Source of the DNA: Octopus sinensis
Lineage: Eukaryota
Reading direction: 5' to 3'
Assembly (NCBI RefSeq): GCF_006345805.1
Contig: NC_043002.1
Coordinates: forward strand, 117,490,001 to 117,554,000
Length of the DNA: 64,000 nucleotides
Position numbers and translations under genes: made by a program. Within the stretch, counting starts at the first letter, position 1. Every line of letters begins with the position of its first letter. Below the pieces are notes generated by a model, which worked only from the letters and a program-made list of their open reading frames with translations, was not told the origin of the DNA and searched no databases. Of the stretch, positions 14,068 through 27,853 are shown one piece after another.

Positions 14068-14714
14068 TACCACATATCACATACACGCACATACGTACAC
14101 AGTCACACATTATGTGTTATGATATATAGTTTATTTTATTTGCAAAAAGGACAAGAAATCGTCACTAAACCTTACCGGCTTTGCAACATATAACCATCAT
14201 ATGACATCATAAATACTGAAGCGAGACAACCAGCTACTCTGTTAGAAATAGAAGACCACGTGGATCGCCTAGCTATGCGACTGCTACATACATTTTCTAT
14301 TAAGGACCACAAGCTAAATAGTCTTCGCAATCTCAAACGTAGGCTAATAAGCCCTTCCCACCAAAAGAGAAATCGATAACACCTCGCATTGATTTACGCA
14401 TTAGACTGCAACAATTTTCGTTACTTCATCCAGTTCGGTCAATGCTTCATTCACCGCAAACATCTGGACAATGAGATACTTGCAACGAAACTCTGTGTAA
14501 TGGCTATCTATATAAACAACCATGTACCTATGTGTACGCGCGCGTTTTCGTGTGCGTGTGTGCGCGTGCCTGCGCGCACTTGGATGGGTGTGCGCGTGTG
14601 CAGGCGAGCGTACACGTCTCTATATTGACATGTATATACTCATTATGTGTGTTTTTGTTTATGAAATGGGTGTGCATGTATATGCGTTAATTTATATATG
14701 TATGTACGTATATG

Positions 14715-14905
14715 TATAGGCGTGGGTGTGAGGTAAGAAGCTTGCTTCCCAACCCCATAGTTCCGGGTTCAGTCCCACTATAGCGTCAAGCCGACCAAAA
14801 CCTTTTTGAGTAGATTTGGTAAATGGAAACTGAAATAAGCTCGTTGTATATGATGGAATAAGCACCAGATTTTTAAAAAATGGACTGGGATCGATTCGTT
14901 CAATT
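14715..14905 (+). mobile_element. Family-B SINE, internally deleted
   Basis: GGTAAGAAGCTTGCTT...GGTTCAGTCCCAC...TTGGTAAATGGAAACTGAA. Confidence 0.75.
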
Positions 14906-15099
14906 AAAAATTTATAATAGGAGGCAAGTTTTACGATATTGGGTGAATATTGCCTTCTCCCATTAAATATTGTTCTACGTGTAGTTCAGGCTCCGGTAGG
15001 CGAGGAAAGAAATCTTTAAGTACAAATGCACTTTACAACCGGTTTATTTACAAGTTTCACAGAATAGGTGAAGTGTGTTGCTCTCAGCATACCATCTCA

Positions 15100-15690
15100 A
15101 GTTGTGTGCGTTTCGTTGTATCCCCGTTAACGCGTTGTATCTCCATTGCCTCTGGAGACAGGACTTACTGTCCCTCTCTCTCTCATTCTTCATTCTTTCT
15201 AGAACCCAAGGCTACTACTGTCTTTCTGACCCGGCTTCCTTCAAGTGTGGACGACTTTCCCTGTCTCTCTCCCCGTCCTCAAAGCGTTCAAAATATTTTT
15301 TCATTTTGTTCTGGCTTAACAGCCCTCAATGTTCGTGTTACTGTTATTCTCCTTGTCCTGTCTTTTACTGTTTATATTTTGTACTGTCTTTACTGTCCTG
15401 TTTTTGTTACCATTTTTACCCCTCCGCAAAAAAATCTCAAATTTTATTTAATTTGCTTTTGCGGGAAGGACTGTTTCAAGGAAGTCGTGTCTCGCCTTTA
15501 CCTCCGAAACGCGGAGTAGACGAAACAGAGGCGGCTGAAGAACGGGAATGTTCCTTGTGTTGTTTATATTGTACTCTATTTTTTCGTTGTTTAAAAAGAA
15601 TGTCCATTTCCTTGGTTTTGTGTTTGTTTTCATTTCTCATTGTGTTCGACGTTTTTTTGGTGTGCTGTACCCATATATGCATGTATATAT
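15100..15690 (+). mobile_element. Probable PLE 3' terminal repeat (pLTR) fragment
   Basis: Aligns along its length with 42990-43620; ends in TA-rich microsatellite. Confidence 0.55.
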
Positions 15691-16056
15691 ACATATAGAT
15701 GTAGGTAAGTACATATATGTATGTATATATGCATATGTTTTATTTATTATTTTGTTATTATATATCTATATACACACACACACATGTGTGTGTGCGTGTG
15801 TGTATGTGTATAAAAACACAAATGGATTGCGGTTCAATACAGTTGTGTTATTTTTTGATGAACAGAAGTGTTACATCATGCAAAAAAAAGAAAACGGTTT
15901 CATCAAGTGAATACAGGTAATAATTAACAATTAGGATTTCTAAAAAAAAAACAGAGCATGGTGTCAAGTGACTCGACCAACTTGATTTCTATGGCTTAGT
16001 ACTACGTCTGATTGCTTACATTATTTTTTAATATATATATATATATTGTCTCGAAT

Positions 16057-16096
<40 letters not shown>

Positions 16097-16202
16097 ATAT
16101 ATATATTTATATATATACATATATATAAACATATATATATTTATATATATATACACATATATATATATATAAACATATATATATTATATATATACATATA
16201 TA

Positions 16203-16242
<40 letters not shown>

Positions 16243-17080
16243 ATATATATATTTATATATATATGTATGTATGTATGTATATGGCGCGTGCCGTAAGTAA
16301 ATACTTAATGTACACAGGTACAAAAATCCTTATCAATGTATGACAACGTAAAAATCCTTTGACAAAAATATTTATTTACACACACGCACACACCGTTGTT
16401 TCTGTTTAAGTTTGTGTGTGTGTGAGCACGTGCGTGTGTGTGTGAGCACGTGCGTGTGTGTGTGCATTTATGTATGTATGTATGTATGTATGTATGTATG
16501 TATGTATGTATGTATGTATGTATGGATGGATGGATGGATGGATGGATGGATGGATGGATGGATGTGTATGAAAATAAATAAATGACAAGGGAACAGAAAT
16601 TGCGTAATAAATTAGCATGTATTTAAATGCTTTTCAAAATAAACATGCAAGTTATTTCAGATGCACAAGCATTCGGCTCAGAACTCGCTATATCTTATGG
16701 CAGAAACAGCGGTTGATGATGTAATTTCTGTTCTCTTGTCATTTAATTTCATATTACGTTCTGTACACAAATACACACATACTTACATACATACATACAC
16801 ACACACATACATACATACATACATACATGCATGCATGCATCATGCATGCATGCATGCATACATACACACATACATACATACATACATACATGCATGCATG
16901 CATGCATACATACACACACACACATACATACATACATGCATGCATGCATGCATGCATGCATACATACACACACACACACACACCACACACCATACATACA
17001 TACATACATACATACATACACATACATACACACATACATACATACATACACACATACATACATACATACATACATACATA

Positions 17081-17415
17081 CGGGTAAAGACCCCCTTCGG
17101 TCACGAATGGCCATGGGATTACACTTAGAAAGTTCCCCTTCCCAGTTACAAGTCCGGCCAAAGTTGTTTATGGAAGACCAGCAGTCACCCGTGCATACCA
17201 AGCCTCCTCTCTCCACGCCACTGATGTCATCCAAGGCAAAGACCAATACAGCTTGGCACCAGTGACATCACAACTCATTTCTACATCTGAGTGAACTGGA
17301 GCAACGTGAAATAAAGTGTCTTGCTCAAGAACACAACACACACCCCAGTCCGGGAATCGACCTCACTACCTCATGATCGTGAGCCTGACACTCGAACCAC
17401 TGAGCAATGCGCCTT
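17081..17415 (-). mobile_element. tRNA-derived SINE, family C
   Basis: Reverse complement: GGCGCATTGCTCAGTGG...GGTCGATTCCC...GTGTTCTTGAGCAAGACACTTTATTTCACGTTGCTCCAG; flanked by (TACA)n. Confidence 0.8.
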
Positions 17416-17762
17416 CACACACATACATGCGTACGTACATGCGTATATACACACGTAGGTGGGTGTTAATTTTACGCTTATGTGCACATGGGTGCATATT
17501 TATCTAGGTATGCATCCATTTTTTGTATTATAAAAAGCTACACATCAATTTCCCAATGAGCGTCTGCATTCATTGTCAACGACTTGTAACTTTCAATTTT
17601 TTATTATATAACAGTCATATCTACTCTACAATTTTGTATTAAGTTCTGTAATAGATAATATTTAACCATTGTGTAGGAAACAACCATATATGTTAAACGC
17701 CCACACCAATTACGATATGAATCTATCTGTATGTTTATTTAGCTCTCTCTATCTTTATCCCC

Positions 17763-17824
<62 letters not shown>

Positions 17825-18180
17825 TGTTATTATCTGTGTATCTCTGTTACTAACACACATAAACACATACATAAGCAGCGCGCATGCTCTCACACACACT
17901 CACACATATACTGAATGATATGTGGCGGGTTGTTTAATAGTGGGTTACAGTTTTCTGTCAGTGTGAGCTATAGTCGTTAATCTTCACTAATCACTGTGTA
18001 AACATATAACTAAATAATTAAGTACGCATCTGGCTTTACTTCTTGTCCACTGACCAACGGACGTTGGGGTGAGTCTAAAAGATAGTGAGAGAAGTGAGAG
18101 AGAAAGAATGAGAATGAAGTAAGGGTTGACAGAGAGATAGTGATAGAGACAGTGTACACAAACAGCTAGATAGACAGAGG

Positions 18181-18219
<39 letters not shown>

Positions 18220-18280
18220 AATGCAGAAAAGAAATGTTTGACAGAGGAGAGATTAAACGTGAAAGGGGAAAAGGCGAGGG

Positions 18281-18332
<52 letters not shown>

Positions 18333-19745
18333 CTGACGGATTGAGAAGAGGAAAATGAGAGAGAAAGAGACAGACTGAGAAGAGAAAATGACAGAGAGAG
18401 AAAATGAGTAAGGGAGATTGATGGATGTTTTGCTTTTCCTGTCTGATCCTGTGAATTAATTACAGACGTAGGTAATTTTCAGTTAATTGGTTTCCAAAGT
18501 TGTGAAGTGTACACAAACAGCTTTTAACCTCTTGCTGCTAAGCTGGGCCAAGTGTAGTTATTCAATGTTAGGTTGGTCAGCGTAAGATCTGGTTTCCAGG
18601 CAAAAGCAAGCGGAGAGAGGAATTTCTGATACGTTATCTGATACTGTGAGAGAAACGTTGAGCAAATCAACTTCCCAGGAACTTCTAAGTGGAAACCAGC
18701 AGTTTGGTTTATGAGACAAAGGTAAATAATCGCTAATTTCATTATTCTTGTGAAGGTGATTCAGAGGAAAGCCGAGCAAGAAGTAGAGGTTCTTGGCGAA
18801 TTATAACGAAGAATCTGATTTCGATTCTTGGCAGAAGCAGTAAATAAATAGTAGATTTGTGTAATCGATAAAGCGTTGAGAAAATTGTGCTGTGGCATCT
18901 AGTTACGACTATTTATGTTTTAAGTTCAAACTCCGGGATTAATAAAAATAAAGTACATGACCTATAAAGTATGGCGGTCGGTGCAATAGTCCTATAATGC
19001 TTTCCCAATTCAGATTACTGAGAAAAGCATGAAGTTCACAACCCTGTTATCGTTGCTATTGATGTCACGAGTGGTGGTAGTGTTATTGTTGTTGCTTTTG
19101 TTGGTGTTGTTGTTGCTATCGCTTTTGTTATTAGTGATGTTTTGCTGTTTTTGCTGTTATGGTAATCGTTGTTATTGCTGTTGCTAATGCTGCTGTTGTT
19201 GTTTGTTGTTATTGTTGTTGTTGTTATTGTTGTTGTTGTTGTTGCTGCTGCTGCTGCTGCGGCTGCTGGTGATGTTGCTGATGCTACTGCTATTAATGTT
19301 CTTGCTGTTGCTACTGTTGTTCTTGTTACAGTTATTGTTGATACTACTCTAATTATTTAGTTGCAGGTCAACCTTAATTGGTCAAACCTATGGTCATAGA
19401 CAGTCTAACCATGACCACAACCATTCGCTTCTTTCAAGGTCATCGAGGACAACACTATCCAGTGTGCCTTGCCTTATTTAAGAGATGGGCTGTGACTTCA
19501 GACATATATTGTTGCTATTTCTAACAGGTAGAGCAACTGCGTGTGTAAAGGCTCGCAAATCGGCTCATTATTTGAGGAATAGTAAGAGTAGAGAGAGAAC
19601 GAGAGAGAGAGGAGAGAGAGAGAGAGAGAGGCAAAGGAAGAAGCTAGAAAGAAAGAAAAGTGAAGAATGAAAGATTAGGGAAATAAATGACTAAATATTT
19701 AATCAATTTATTCGGTACTTATTCTGTTCACTTCCTTTATGCCAT

Positions 19746-20225
19746 CTCTAGTAACATGTCACAGAACGAGCCTCTAGTCACATGTCACACAACCAGCCTC
19801 TAGTTACATGTCAAACAACGATCCCCTGGTTACATGTCACACAACGAAGCTCTAGTTATATGTCGCACAAAATCTAGTTATACGTCAGATAATACAAGAG
19901 ACTCTAGTTATACATCACACAAAAAGACCCTCTAGCCACTCGTATCAACGAAGCTATAGCTACATCCTCTAGAACGCCTCTTCTGGTTATTTATCACGGA
20001 ATGCTTCTAGCTGTTTTTCACATTACAAACCACTTACATGTTACATAAAACCCCATCTAGTAACACACATCTCTTTGCATGTCACAGAATAAGCCTCTAG
20101 TTTGATGTCACATAATGAACTTTTAGGCATATGTCCCATTACAAGCTTCTAGTTACATGTCACACATATAACACCTTATTCTAGGTTTCTTATCACACAA
20201 GAGACTCTAGTTATATGTCACGCAA
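19746..20225 (+). repeat. Degenerate ~26-bp minisatellite (CTCTAGTTACATGTCACACAACGAGC-like)
   Basis: Recurring CTAGTTACATGTCAC at ~26-nt spacing, decaying centrally. Confidence 0.85.
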
Positions 20226-20889
20226 AACCTCAACTATGATCAAAGTTGTGATCAAAGTTCTTCCAGTTGTGACCATTCCATATTTTAGGAGTATTTAGGA
20301 TATATTTATCGAATATATCCTTTTCTTATTTAAGATGAAGAAGTGTTATTTGAGCGAGAGTTGGTTGTTATTTCTAACAAGTGGATTTACCCTCCCCCCT
20401 TACACACACACACACAGAAGCTTTCCCATTAAAAGAGGTGAAATGCAGTTGATATGATGGGAGGGTTCGGCCGGATCATCGGTCCGAGACTTAAAGAATC
20501 ACCAAGAAACCTTGTGACTATCTGCTGGGCTCAGCCCTAAAAAGAACAATACCTCACGATTTCTTGTATTCCGAGGGGTTGTCATCTCAGCTGTTGCGTT
20601 TCACATTATTAAATTTTTCAACGGGTTACTACATACTTCCCATCTACCAAATTTTGCTCTTAAGGCATTGATTAACGCGAAGGTATAGTTGAGGACCCAT
20701 GCACAAAGTGCCGCGCACAGTGGGATCAAACCATTAACTACGAAGCTAACGAAGTTGCGAAGCGAACTTCTTAGTACACAGACATGCCAGCATCCATAAC
20801 AGGGCTCCATGCCGGAGATAGAAACCGTGTTGCATCAAGCATGCCACATTGCTCTTTCATCTTCTGAATTCAATAGAAAGCTATTGATG

Positions 20890-21170
20890 CTTTGGTGAAA
20901 GCACGTGATCGTAAGGTCGTGAGTTCGATTCCCAGCAGCGCGTTGTGTCCTTGAGCAAGACTCTTTATTTCACGTTGCTCCAATCCACTCAACTGGCAAA
21001 AATGAGATGTAATTCAAAGGGTCGACCATGTCACACTATGTGTTACCTTGAATCTACCTGAGAACTACATTAAGGGTACACGTGTCTGTGGAGTGCTCGG
21101 CTACTTGCGCGTTAATCTCACGATCGGATCAACTGGATCGCTCGTCGTTGTAACCGACGGAGTGCCAGTA
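20890..21170 (+). mobile_element. tRNA-derived SINE related to family C
   Basis: GAGTTCGATTCCC B box then GTGTCCTTGAGCAAGACTCTTTATTTCACGTTGCTCC; tail differs from the 17081 copy. Confidence 0.75.
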
Positions 21171-21289
21171 TTGACGTCTTGATTTTTAGTGTCTCGTAAA
21201 AGCTCTGTCAATAAAAAGGAAAAGATTTATTGCCCACCCGATTAACACTGTTTTATATATTGAGCTAAACACTGGATGTTAGCAAGGAA

Positions 21290-22040
21290 ATGAGAAATGA
21301 GAGAGAGAGAGAGAGAGAGAGAGATGAAGGAAGGAGGAAAGGGCTTAGAAAAGGAACAAAGGACAGTGACAGAGAGACAGAAGAGGTGAGAAATGGAAGT
21401 GAAAAAGAAATTGAGAGCTAGAGAAAAAATAAAGGAGAGAATTTGCAAGACTGCACGGAAACAGAACCGTGTAGAGAGGAGGAGAGAAAATGTAAAGAGA
21501 AGAGTATATAGGGACAGAGAAAGGGGAAAAAGAATAAGAGACTGCGAGATAGAGAGGAGAGACAGAGAGAGAATGAGAGACGCAGTGAGAGTGGGTAAAT
21601 ATGTGGAGGGAATGGAGAGAGAGTGGTAGAGAGAGAACACAAGGAAAATAATGTTGTGGAGTGGGAATGGTAAGGCGAAAAGGTAAGAGACGAAGAAAGA
21701 GAGGTAAAGAATAGTAAAGAAGCAGAAGCAGTGGGAGAGAGGATAAGGAAGAGAGCAAGAAATTGAGAGAGTAAGGGGAGTGATGTGGTGCTGCGGAAGA
21801 TGTTGGCATAGAAAAGGTAAGAAAGAAAGACAGGGGAAGAGAAGCGGTAAAGATGGAGGTCAGAGAAGGGGGTGAGATGAACAGAGAGATGGAGAGAGAA
21901 AGACTGATGAAGAAGAAGAAGAAGAAGAAGAAGAAGAAGAAGAAGAAGAAGAAGAAGAAGAAAAGAAGAAGAAGAAGCAGAGAGAGTGAGAGAGAGAAAC
22001 CGAAAGAAAAAGAATGGGGAGAATGAGAGATCTCGGTGAG
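21290..22040. repeat. Polypurine GA-rich tract including (GAA)n at ~21909-21975
   Basis: Directly visible. Confidence 0.9.
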
Positions 22041-22128
22041 TAATGTCATGCGTACGTGACTTGTGCAAAGTAAGTAATTATAAGCATTATCACTGAGAGA
22101 GTGAGTGTGTTTGTTTGTTTGTTTGTTT

Positions 22129-22166
<38 letters not shown>

Positions 22167-22605
22167 GTGTGTGCGTGTGTGTGTGTGTGTGCTATACGGA
22201 TAAATCGTAGTCATAAAGTTCGAGAAAGGCTAAAAGATAGATAGATAGATAGGTATGTAGATAGACAGATAGATAGTTAGTTAGATAGATAGATAGATAA
22301 CTTTTTATTGTAGCCACACAGGGCTAAACACAGAATAAAAATGGATGAAATACAATGTAGAATTTTTTCTTTTCGAGGTGGGATGGGTGGGGCACAAAAA
22401 AAACAAAAAAAAAACACGTTTGATCAATAGGGATCTGTGGGTTGTGTGGTGTATAAAAAAGCAATATATATATATATATATATATATAAGGTTCACAGTT
22501 TAGGTGTAGCCTTGGAAAGAAAAACCTACAAAAAAGACCAAGGTCACCTCAGACAGTTCGAAAATGAACACTTGAGTAAGTCGCCTTACTTCTTGTCTCT
22601 TTTGG

Positions 22606-25600
22606 TTACAGATTTATGCTTAAAATGGTGTCGTCTTTCATACTGACCATTTTTGCCACTTTTACCCACTTTTTATTAAAACATTCGTTCGACAAAGCCT
22701 TCCTCTCTATTCTCATCCTCCTTTTCAAGTGGTGCTTGAAAAAGTTGACGAGAGACTGACCAGAGAGGAAGGTGTTTGTTTGCAGTCCTTTCAAACGCGT
22801 CCACCACACACATTCTTTCGCCATAGCCATCAGCGTAACGAAAACCGTTTTCCCTTCCCGTTTAAAGGAAGGTGGTGGAACAGTATTCACGATAGACTCG
22901 GCCGATAGGCGGGCCCGACCCACACGTGACAACAGCTGTTCGACGAAGGTCCACAGCTCTGAAATATCTGGACACTGCACGTGTCCGTGCAGAACGGTTT
23001 CGTCGCTCTGACCGCATCTCGGGCAGGTCGGTCCGGTGATGGTTTTCGAACCGTGCCTGTAGCTCTTCTCTCGAACAGGTAGTGCGTCTCGATAGCACTG
23101 TCAAGCCAGGGATTTCTGGAAGTCATCTATAGGCCCCGGCCCGAACGTCGTCCTGAACAGGCGGGTTAGGAATTTCTCGTCGACGCCCAGGTTTGCCCCG
23201 AGTTTGTCGTCGGACCTCCCCTCCACTAGTCCTCTATAGAACGCTTTAGTCGTTTGTAAATTGCACAAGTTTGACCCCGGTCGGCAGAGCTGCTGTAGAG
23301 CTTGGCGACACTCTCGGTGCCAATTGCCCAGTTTCGGTCTCTTCTTGATCCACGTTTGCAGTTCGGTCAGTGAGACGAGCTGCGGGAAGGCGCGCCTCAC
23401 AAACGGCGCCCACACCTGTTCACCGTCGTCGATGAAGTTCCAGAGATGCCGCAGTCTCAGAGCATGCCTGCGCATCATCAACCACGGCATGCCCAGTCCT
23501 CCATTCAACGGATGTTGACAGCAAATGGACTTCCTCACCATCGGAACGCCACCCTTCCACAGGAAGCGGAAGAGTATGCGCTCCAGTTTGGTGATGGTGG
23601 CGTCGGGACAAGGCACGGCGGCCAGGCGGCAATCGATGACGGATGCGATGTATGCGTTCGCCACCTCCGCTCGACCTTTTAGAGAGAGCTTTCTCTCGGC
23701 CCATGTTTGGCTGAGAGCGACCACTCTACTCGTGATCCCGTCCCAGTTCTTATCCATTTGGAGGTCCGGACTGAACCAGACCCCGAGCAATTTAACCGGT
23801 CCGTCCGTCCAGCGTCCCACTACTGAGCCGCAGTCGGACGGCATGGGCTTGCTTCTTCAGGTGCCGAGTAGCAAACCCACTGACTTTTCCGGGTTAATCT
23901 TCGCTCCCGTCACCGTTTCGTATTTTCTTAGTGTCTCGCCAATCATCTTGATGTGTTTGTCGCTCGACACTATGACGGTGACATCGTCCGCATATGCCGA
24001 CACGCTCGTCCCGCAACCCAGTTCCCGTGGGATGCCCCTCAGTGTCGCCAGCTTCTGCAGTAGCGGCTCGAGAGTCAATACATACAGAAGCGCCGACAGG
24101 GGACACCCCTGACGGACCGAACGCGTGATGTCAAACGGTTTCGACAGGTGACCGTTCACCCATATCACCGATCGGATGCCGCTATACAAGGCAGCGATCC
24201 AACCGCGGAAGACGGGACCGAAGTCAGCCGCCAAGTACCGATGGTCGACCCTATCGAAGGCTTTAGACTGATCCAAATTGTTCAGCGCCCCACCCATGCC
24301 AGGATCCTTAACTACCCTGTCCACAATGTAGCGCATCAGATGGAGGTTGTCATGTATGGTTCTGCTCGGCACGGCGCATGTTTGAGCCCTGTCGACCAGT
24401 TTACCAATGACAAGCGCCAACCTCTCGGCTATTACTTTGGCCAAAATTTTCAAATCTGCGTTGAGCAGAGTGATGGGCCTGAAATTATCTATAAAATTCC
24501 CCTTGTTTGGGTCTTTCTTCAGCAACGTCACTGCACCTCGGCTCACGAAACCGGGAATTCTCCCGTTTTGTTGCCAGTTGCAGTAGACTGATGCCAAGAG
24601 GTCGCCAAACAAGTCTGTCATTTGACAATACAGCTCGTAGGGTAAACCATCCAATCCAGGCGACTTATCCCTCGCGCAGCCCGCCATCGCATCCCGCACG
24701 TCAGCGGCTGTGATGGGACTTTCACAACACTTCGCTTCTCTTGCCGAGAGCCGCGGCAGGTCGGTCAGGTAGGCACTGAAATCCATCCCGCGTTCCGACC
24801 CACCACTCGCACCAAACAGTCGAGCAAAGTGCTGTTGAAAGGCCTCACACATCCTTTCGGGTTCAAGTAAACTGCATCCCTGTTGATCTATTAGAGACCG
24901 AATGGTGGCTCTGTTGTCACGCTGCGCCTCCGCTACCCGGGCCTCTCGCGCAGCTTCGATCCCTTCGTTCCTTAAGGCACGCATTTTAGCTCTGACGACG
25001 CAACCTTCGTGCTTGGCGTTGAGGTGTTGGTTGAGGGCCATCCTCGCAGCCAGCACGTTGGTTGCGCCGCCAGTGGTAAGTGCCTCTTCTAGTTTCTTAA
25101 CCAGGTTTCCCTCTACTCTATTTCGATCTATCGCTAATTCTTTGCTAAACCTAATTGATTCCGATTTTATTGCCATTTTCAGGGCGTACCACCAGCGGTT
25201 GTTAACGACGGCTCCCGTCAGCGCCCTCTTAATTAACTCGCTAATCCGGTTCCTGTAAACCTGTCGCGCTAAGAGCGACGTGTTCAGTTTCCAGTAACCG
25301 GGACCCTGCCTATGTGTTTTATCTAAGTCGAGCGTACACGTCACAAATTTGTGATCTGTGTAGCTGACTATTTTAAATTGTGGACATCCTACACTATCCC
25401 TATCCGCTGTCCTGCATAGAATTCTATCTAGATAGGATCTCGACGATCCGACGCGGTTTGTCCAAGTCCACGTTGGCACGTTCGGATGGTCGAGTCGGAA
25501 CCTGTCAGACAAATGGAAACGTCTGAGTAGGTCTTTGAGGCACTTACACCCCCTTCTATTCCTATCCATTCCCACATAATCTAGATGCGTGTCCAAGGTA

Positions 25601-26031
25601 GCGTTCCAATCCCCTACTAACAGTAAAGGTCTAGACGTCCCCAGGAAAACCTCTAGACGTCTGAAGAAATCTGCCCGACCCATTAAGGACGGTGCATAAA
25701 CTGCCATCAGACGGAATGCACAACCATTTCTGCCATCCACGTCCAAGACAACCAGCCTACCCTCCGGGTCTAGGAATATTGCTCTTACTTTTACATTTAG
25801 ACTCTTTCGAAAAAGCACCGCGGTACCTCCATCACCCATGTTCGGCAGACAGGGAGAAAAATAAATGTCAAATTGATTGCCAAACATGGACGCGAGGGCC
25901 CGCGGCTTGCTGAGTCTGGTTTCACTGATAGCTACTATATTCACGTTCAGTGACTTGATGTCGTTTAGAAGGTAACCTTGCTTCCAAGCCGACGCCAAGC
26001 CACGCGCATTCACACAACCTAATTTAAGCAT
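22606..26031 (-). pseudogene. Tx1 ORF2: APE endonuclease, reverse transcriptase, C-terminal CCHC; one frame with two internal TGA
   Basis: NARG, ISETR, GDWN, SYLDRI, TDH; SPGLDGLP, FRPITLLNADLKILAK, LDQSKAFDRVDH, QGCPLS, YADD; CPRC..ETVLH..C. Track ORFs 23857-26031, 23101-23844 and 22606-22980 share one frame. Confidence 0.95.
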
Positions 26032-26098
26032 AATTGACGTTTACGAAAATTGTGTTTCACACACAAACATTGGAAGAGACAAGAGGCAAGAGGGAAGG

Positions 26099-27853
26099 TC
26101 ACTTACTCATTTCGAAAGTTTCATTTTTTTCTTCTTCTTTTGTAGCGTCTTTGATGAGGTGTTTGTATAGTTTTTTGGAGAGGTATCGTTGAAACTCGCC
26201 TACCGCATTTGGAAATATTGTTTTCAGTGTATGGTGTTGTGTTTGTGTTATGTGTACAATTTTTATGTGCTTCGGTGGTGTGGTGCGCGGATGATTGTTT
26301 GTCTTAAAGTCATCTTCACAGATGTCCGTGTTGGATGCAATGTAATCCATTAATTTTTTATTTTCTGTGTCTATTGTGTGTGTGGTTTTGCGGGTTCATT
26401 GATTTTTTTATTGTCTAGGGGGATGCTGTCCGGAGTTAAATATCTCCCTGCTTTACTTCCTTGTTTGGTGGGCTTTTTTGATCTTTTCCTTTTACCCCCT
26501 GTGGCTATTTGCCATTCCGTCGAACTTTCGTCGTCCGACGTATCAGAAGAGGGTAAAGGCAAAGCATTTGTGTTAATATGTATGCTTGTAGAAATTGTTG
26601 ATGTTTTGTGCGGTATTTGTGTTGTTATGGTGTTAGGTGTAGAATTTATCTTCTCGTCACTGTTTTCTGTCTTTTTAATTGTCGTCCTGGGTGTTGGTGT
26701 GGTTCTATATTTTGATTCAGCATGATGAATTGGTTGCGTGGTCAACGGTGATTTTGTTGGTACTGTTTCTTTTCTTGGTGATGTTGTTGGGGTTTGTTTG
26801 CTGGTTTGTTGTTTTTCTTCTTGGCATTGTTCCATAATTCAGTGTGTTGGTGTTGGTGTTGGCAACAAGGGTTTTTTTATTTGTTTTCTGATTTGTTCTT
26901 TCTTGTTTTTTCTGTGCTAGAGCGCACTTGGCAATTAAATGCTCTGGGCTACCACAGTTGTAGCATCTAGGCTTTTTGCCTTCTGCCACAACATATAGGC
27001 TTTGCCCATTTTCTAGGTGGATCCTATCGGGTAGGTTCTCGATAGAGGCCCCCTCAATCTGGATGGTCACTACTATTGTTTTTCCACCCCAATTGTCGTT
27101 TAGGTACACGGCGGTTTCTAAAATATTGATCTTTTTCAAATGGTAACAGATTTCCCCTGTTATCCATTTGTTCGGGATCTCGGGGGGTACATTCTTAATA
27201 GTAATTCTACTCACTCTCTGGCCTTTGAAATAAAGTACCATTTTGATATTATCATTTTCCAAAGACTCGGTAGAGTGAGCTTTTGCCACTTCCTGGTTAG
27301 GGAAGCGGACCACTACTGTGTTAAACTGGGGGCCCCAGTTTATATATTCTTTTTTTTTCATTATGTTTTTTAAACATTTTTCTATATCTGTTTTTATAAT
27401 CTGTTCATTTTGTTTTTTGTTTTTTCTTATAATTTTATATATAATTGTCTTATATTCTATTTGTTCCTTTATGTGTTGAGGTGTATGCAGCACTAAATCT
27501 TGCCCACGGGTTGTAAAGAGAGCTCTCGTTTCTATTAGCTCTTCATTTGTAAATGTTAATATTTCTTTCTTCTGACGCTGAGTGTCAGCGAAATTTACTG
27601 GTGTTGTTGATTTTTTTATATTAACATCTTCACTATTAGATAGTTCATATTTATTGTTGTTCTTGTTGTTGTTTTTCTTAATAGTATTCGCGTGAGTTTC
27701 ATTTTTATCATTTATGTTGGTCGTGGTGGTAGTGGTGGTGGTGGTGGAGATGGTGGTGGTAGCAGTAGTAGTCTCGTTGTTGTTGTTGTTAGTGGTGGTG
27801 GTGGTGGTGGTGACAGGGCTGTTACCGCAAGTGGTTGCAGCGTTCACTATCAC
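26099..27853 (-). pseudogene. Tx1 ORF1 (gag-like), frameshifted
   Basis: CX2CX4HX4C knuckle CYNCGSPEHLIAKC; continues in 26371-26835 and 26099-26350 in other frames; ends just upstream of ORF2; poly-Thr/Asn N-terminus. Confidence 0.85.

Noticed and set aside
21345-22214. Hydrophobic 289-aa membrane-like ORF
   Set aside because: Antisense reading of a GA-rich polypurine tract
23261-25913. Plus-strand ORFs overlapping the Tx1 element
   Set aside because: Antisense shadows of the GC-richer ORF2
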